Below are positions 59,536-64,000 of a stretch of 64,000 nt of DNA, one piece after another. The DNA is from the human T2T-CHM13v2.0 reference genome, Homo sapiens: NCBI RefSeq assembly GCF_009914755.1, contig NC_060937.1. One strand, given 5' to 3'. Under the pieces are notes generated by a model. That model was not told the origin of the DNA. It saw only the letters and a program-made list of their open reading frames with translations, and did not search any database. A program made the translations under genes and the position numbers. How positions within the stretch are numbered: the first letter of the stretch is position 1; the number at the start of each line of letters is the position of its first letter.

Positions 59536-62500
59536 CTCTAAACAAGAATGTTAAATAAAGATGCTTGACATTATATGGCATAATGAGTAATAACCCAGTT
59601 TCTAGACTCAAAGTTCTTGGTTTAAATCCTACTACTGTCATTTAATAGCCATTTTACCTTCTGTTATATATAAACTATCTGGGCCTCAATTTTTATTACA
59701 TTATCATTTCTTATATTTAGTAAAATAATTTCAAAACCATAGTACAGTACCTGACTCATAGTCAATTATCATTATTATTAACCAAAAACTGAAAAAAATA
59801 GCCTGAATTTTAGAATGCTTCATTCATATCACTTACATGAATATCTTGAAAGGGATAAAAAATCCTTCAAGCATCATTTCCCATGAAATCACCACCAATT
59901 ATTTGGTGAATATAATTTCATAGCTTTTATTTTTAATTTTTTAAAGTAAAATTGTACATGCATATAGCTTAGAGAATCAAATCATTCTTTAAGGTTTATC
60001 ATAAAAAGCAGCAATCCCCTGGCTTCATCAACCACCTTCATCTTTTTACTCTCCAGAGGCAACCTCTTTCAACTCTTTGAAGCAGTTTCAAAGGAAAACT
60101 GTTCCTTTGGCATTTGTTTATGTTTCTATACAACATGCTTATACTGCTCTTTCTTGATTTTTTAGTTTTAGGCTTTCCGTCTCACCATGGAAATGAAGAA
60201 AAAGCTGTCTTCGATTTTCTACACTCTTAATACCAACCACACCTACACTTCCTGTTTCCGCTCCTTTTATATGGTTGTATTATAATATTCATTGGATTAA
60301 TTGTATGTTTTCTCTTAACTTTGTGCTAAATTATATTTTATATATAGGTGATCATGTATTTTAGCATTTACTCAAGCCCAGGTTTGAGAATAAAAGTAAG
60401 TATTATTAAAGTTAGTACTAAGAAAAGAGGTAAAAATCATAATTTTTGGTCACTTTAATTAAATTTAAACTGGAGTAATAATAAATAATGTCATTCATTT
60501 AAGTAATACTGATTTTCACTGCATACTAATGCATCTTAAGAAAAAAATACACTGTAGATTTATCTTACAATGGCCATATATATAAATAATTTTATTTTTG
60601 TCATGATTTCCAACGTAAAATGAATGCAACCTTAATTCAAAATCCTATTCCTTCACCGTATTTTTTATTCCACTTATTGTCATGGAGCTCTTGTCACTTT
60701 TTATCTTGTGTATAATTATCTTTGAATTTATTTTTAATTTTAAATTTATTTAAATGTATTAAATTTTGAAGTTATTTTTATATATAAATGTACAGTAGTA
60801 TCTCCATATCACTATACTATATTGAATAATACATGAAGTCATTGATCTTTTCAAGAAATTCTAAAAGCCTGTTTCAATACAGTATTGAGTATTGTAGAAA
60901 TAAGTATATTCTGAATCTCAAATGGTTATCAGTTTTTTATTCATATTACTGTAGCCAAATTGAAGATACCAAAAATATCCTAGGAATTCCAAAGCAAAAT
61001 GCATATTTTTTGCAAACTGTATAGATTACAGTTTTGTGACAACTGTAATCTATACACATGTAGACTTCATCAAATTTTGTAACAAGATATAGAAAATGTC
61101 TTAGTCTAAACACAGTACATGTAATTTACATGAAGGAAATGTACCTTTAACAATTTAACACACAGGGAATATAGATGTTAATTATTGAACACCTTCCAAG
61201 ACAAACATTCCTTAATTATTCTCTTCTTAAAACTTGCATGTCATAGATAAAAACATAGTCAAATTTGAGTATACACATGGAACACAGAATTTGTAAATTG
61301 TAATTAAAACATTTTAACAATAAAAATCAATCTAAATATTTTTTCTTGAAAATATATTTGGCTATTACTGGGCTGGATTTTTTAATGGACTTAACAAACT
61401 TAAATACAAATATTATACTGAACAGTTTTTGATTAAAACATAACTATTTATATCTCTGACAGGTAGACTCTGAGCTTTCTAAAGGCCAAAATTTAAGAAA
61501 GTTTAGTGCTTTAGGACTTTTGTGTCCTTTATGTTCTTCTGCTAAGCAAGCACAATACTTGACTTAGAAAATTTTTGTATGTAATAAACAAATGAATGTT
61601 AGCTATCTACAGTTTACTCTACTTAAGAAAATCTTAGGCTATGCTGTTTCTGTGACAATAAACTAAGCCAGAGCTTTGTGATTTGGGCCTACATATCCAG
61701 CAAAAATAGAATTTTGAATTGAATCTAAATGCTCTCTTGGAAAGATGTGAGAAATGTAATCTGCTTAGGTGTTGAGATTCAAATCTGCATGTGATAAGGC
61801 ATTTTAAAAATTTACATATAAGATCCCCAAATAAATCTGCCATTACACTATCATTCCCAATATAGAAAGCCGATGAACAAGCACATTTTTTATATGATAT
61901 CTTCTATAAATTTAAAAATGGCAGTTACATATCAAGATTTGTTTCCTTCGTCAAGATTATCTAGTAAGCAAATGTGTTGTTTTATTGAGCTGCAAATCAA
62001 TAAAATAGAGTTAAAGATGATAGATTTAATTAGCATTTAGTCCAACTGTAGATGCTTTATAATAGATGAAATAACTTTTTAATATTTGTATCTTTTATTT
62101 ATATCCTTCAAAATTTATTTTTATCTTTTGAATTCACATCTTTTATTTAGTTGTTTTTTATTTAAACATGATAGACCTAGTTATTAAAACATCAATTCTA
62201 TTTTTAAGAAATGTTACTAAACATAGTTTTCAGTTTATAGTATTTTTCTGTCATTTGTCTCTTTGCTTTAATATGTTTATCTACCTCTAAAAAGATTTTC
62301 AAAAACCTATATTTTTTCTCCTTCGTTATTTGTTGCCTGCAATCTTACTTGATCAACATCTTTATCTGTACTTTCTTTTACACTAATATTTGCCAATGAT
62401 AGTTATCTATAACTCAAAATACATCCAGATTCTAAGAATTCTTATCACTTTCGCTGCTGTGTTACTGTTCAAGCCACCATCATCTCTCATCTACACTATT

Positions 62501-62658
62501 GTGAATGCCTTCTTACTGCTCTTCCTCCTTTTATCCTTGTTCCTCCCACCAATTGTCTACAAAAAAATCAAAGGTAATTGTTTTCAAATATCACAATGAA
62601 ATACTTGTTCACCCAAAACATCCAATGACTACTCCCCTCACTTAAAAGAGAATCAGAA

Positions 62659-62990
<332 letters not shown>

Positions 62991-63205
62991 AAAAGAAAAA
63001 TCAGAAGTCCTTATCGTGACTACAATGGCACAACATGACACAGCTCCACTCTGTTTCTTAGTGTGCTCCTTACCAACCTCGGGTTTCTGTTACTTACCTA
63101 CTCTCTGCAACTCCTGTTAGCAAACCTAGCAAACAGGATGTTAGCAAACCTAGGCTCTGATCCCCAAATGACTAGCACTTTAAGACCTTTATATAAGAAT
63201 GAGAA

Positions 63206-64000
<795 letters not shown>

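Overview
Primate (human or great-ape-like) AT-rich, repeat-dense genomic DNA with no convincing host protein-coding exons; almost all ORFs in the track are repeat-derived or spurious. Main contents: (1) a degenerate class I (ERV1) provirus on the minus strand (1715-8974) with both LTRs, a 4-bp TSD, a tRNA-Arg-type PBS, gag/pro/RT/RNaseH/env remnants, no integrase, and a nested HML-1-type solo LTR; (2) a full-length but dead L1PA (14546-20672, minus); (3) a structurally complex LIN28A processed pseudogene (about 29981-33694) whose CDS plus proximal 3'UTR is inverted relative to its distal 3'UTR and polyA (twin priming), with an Alu at an AG|GT site and an extra ~239-bp inverted duplication (~96% arm identity) that could fold into a long hairpin; (4) three, possibly four, further 5'-inverted L1 insertions; (5) an ancient ERVL-like pol remnant with a probable LTR, plus many Alus, MLT/MER elements and microsatellites. 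No new biological system can be demonstrated from sequence alone. The best candidate for follow-up is the LIN28A retrocopy as a possible antisense/hairpin RNA source. Subfamily names and comparisons with parent sequences are from memory and need alignment to confirm.
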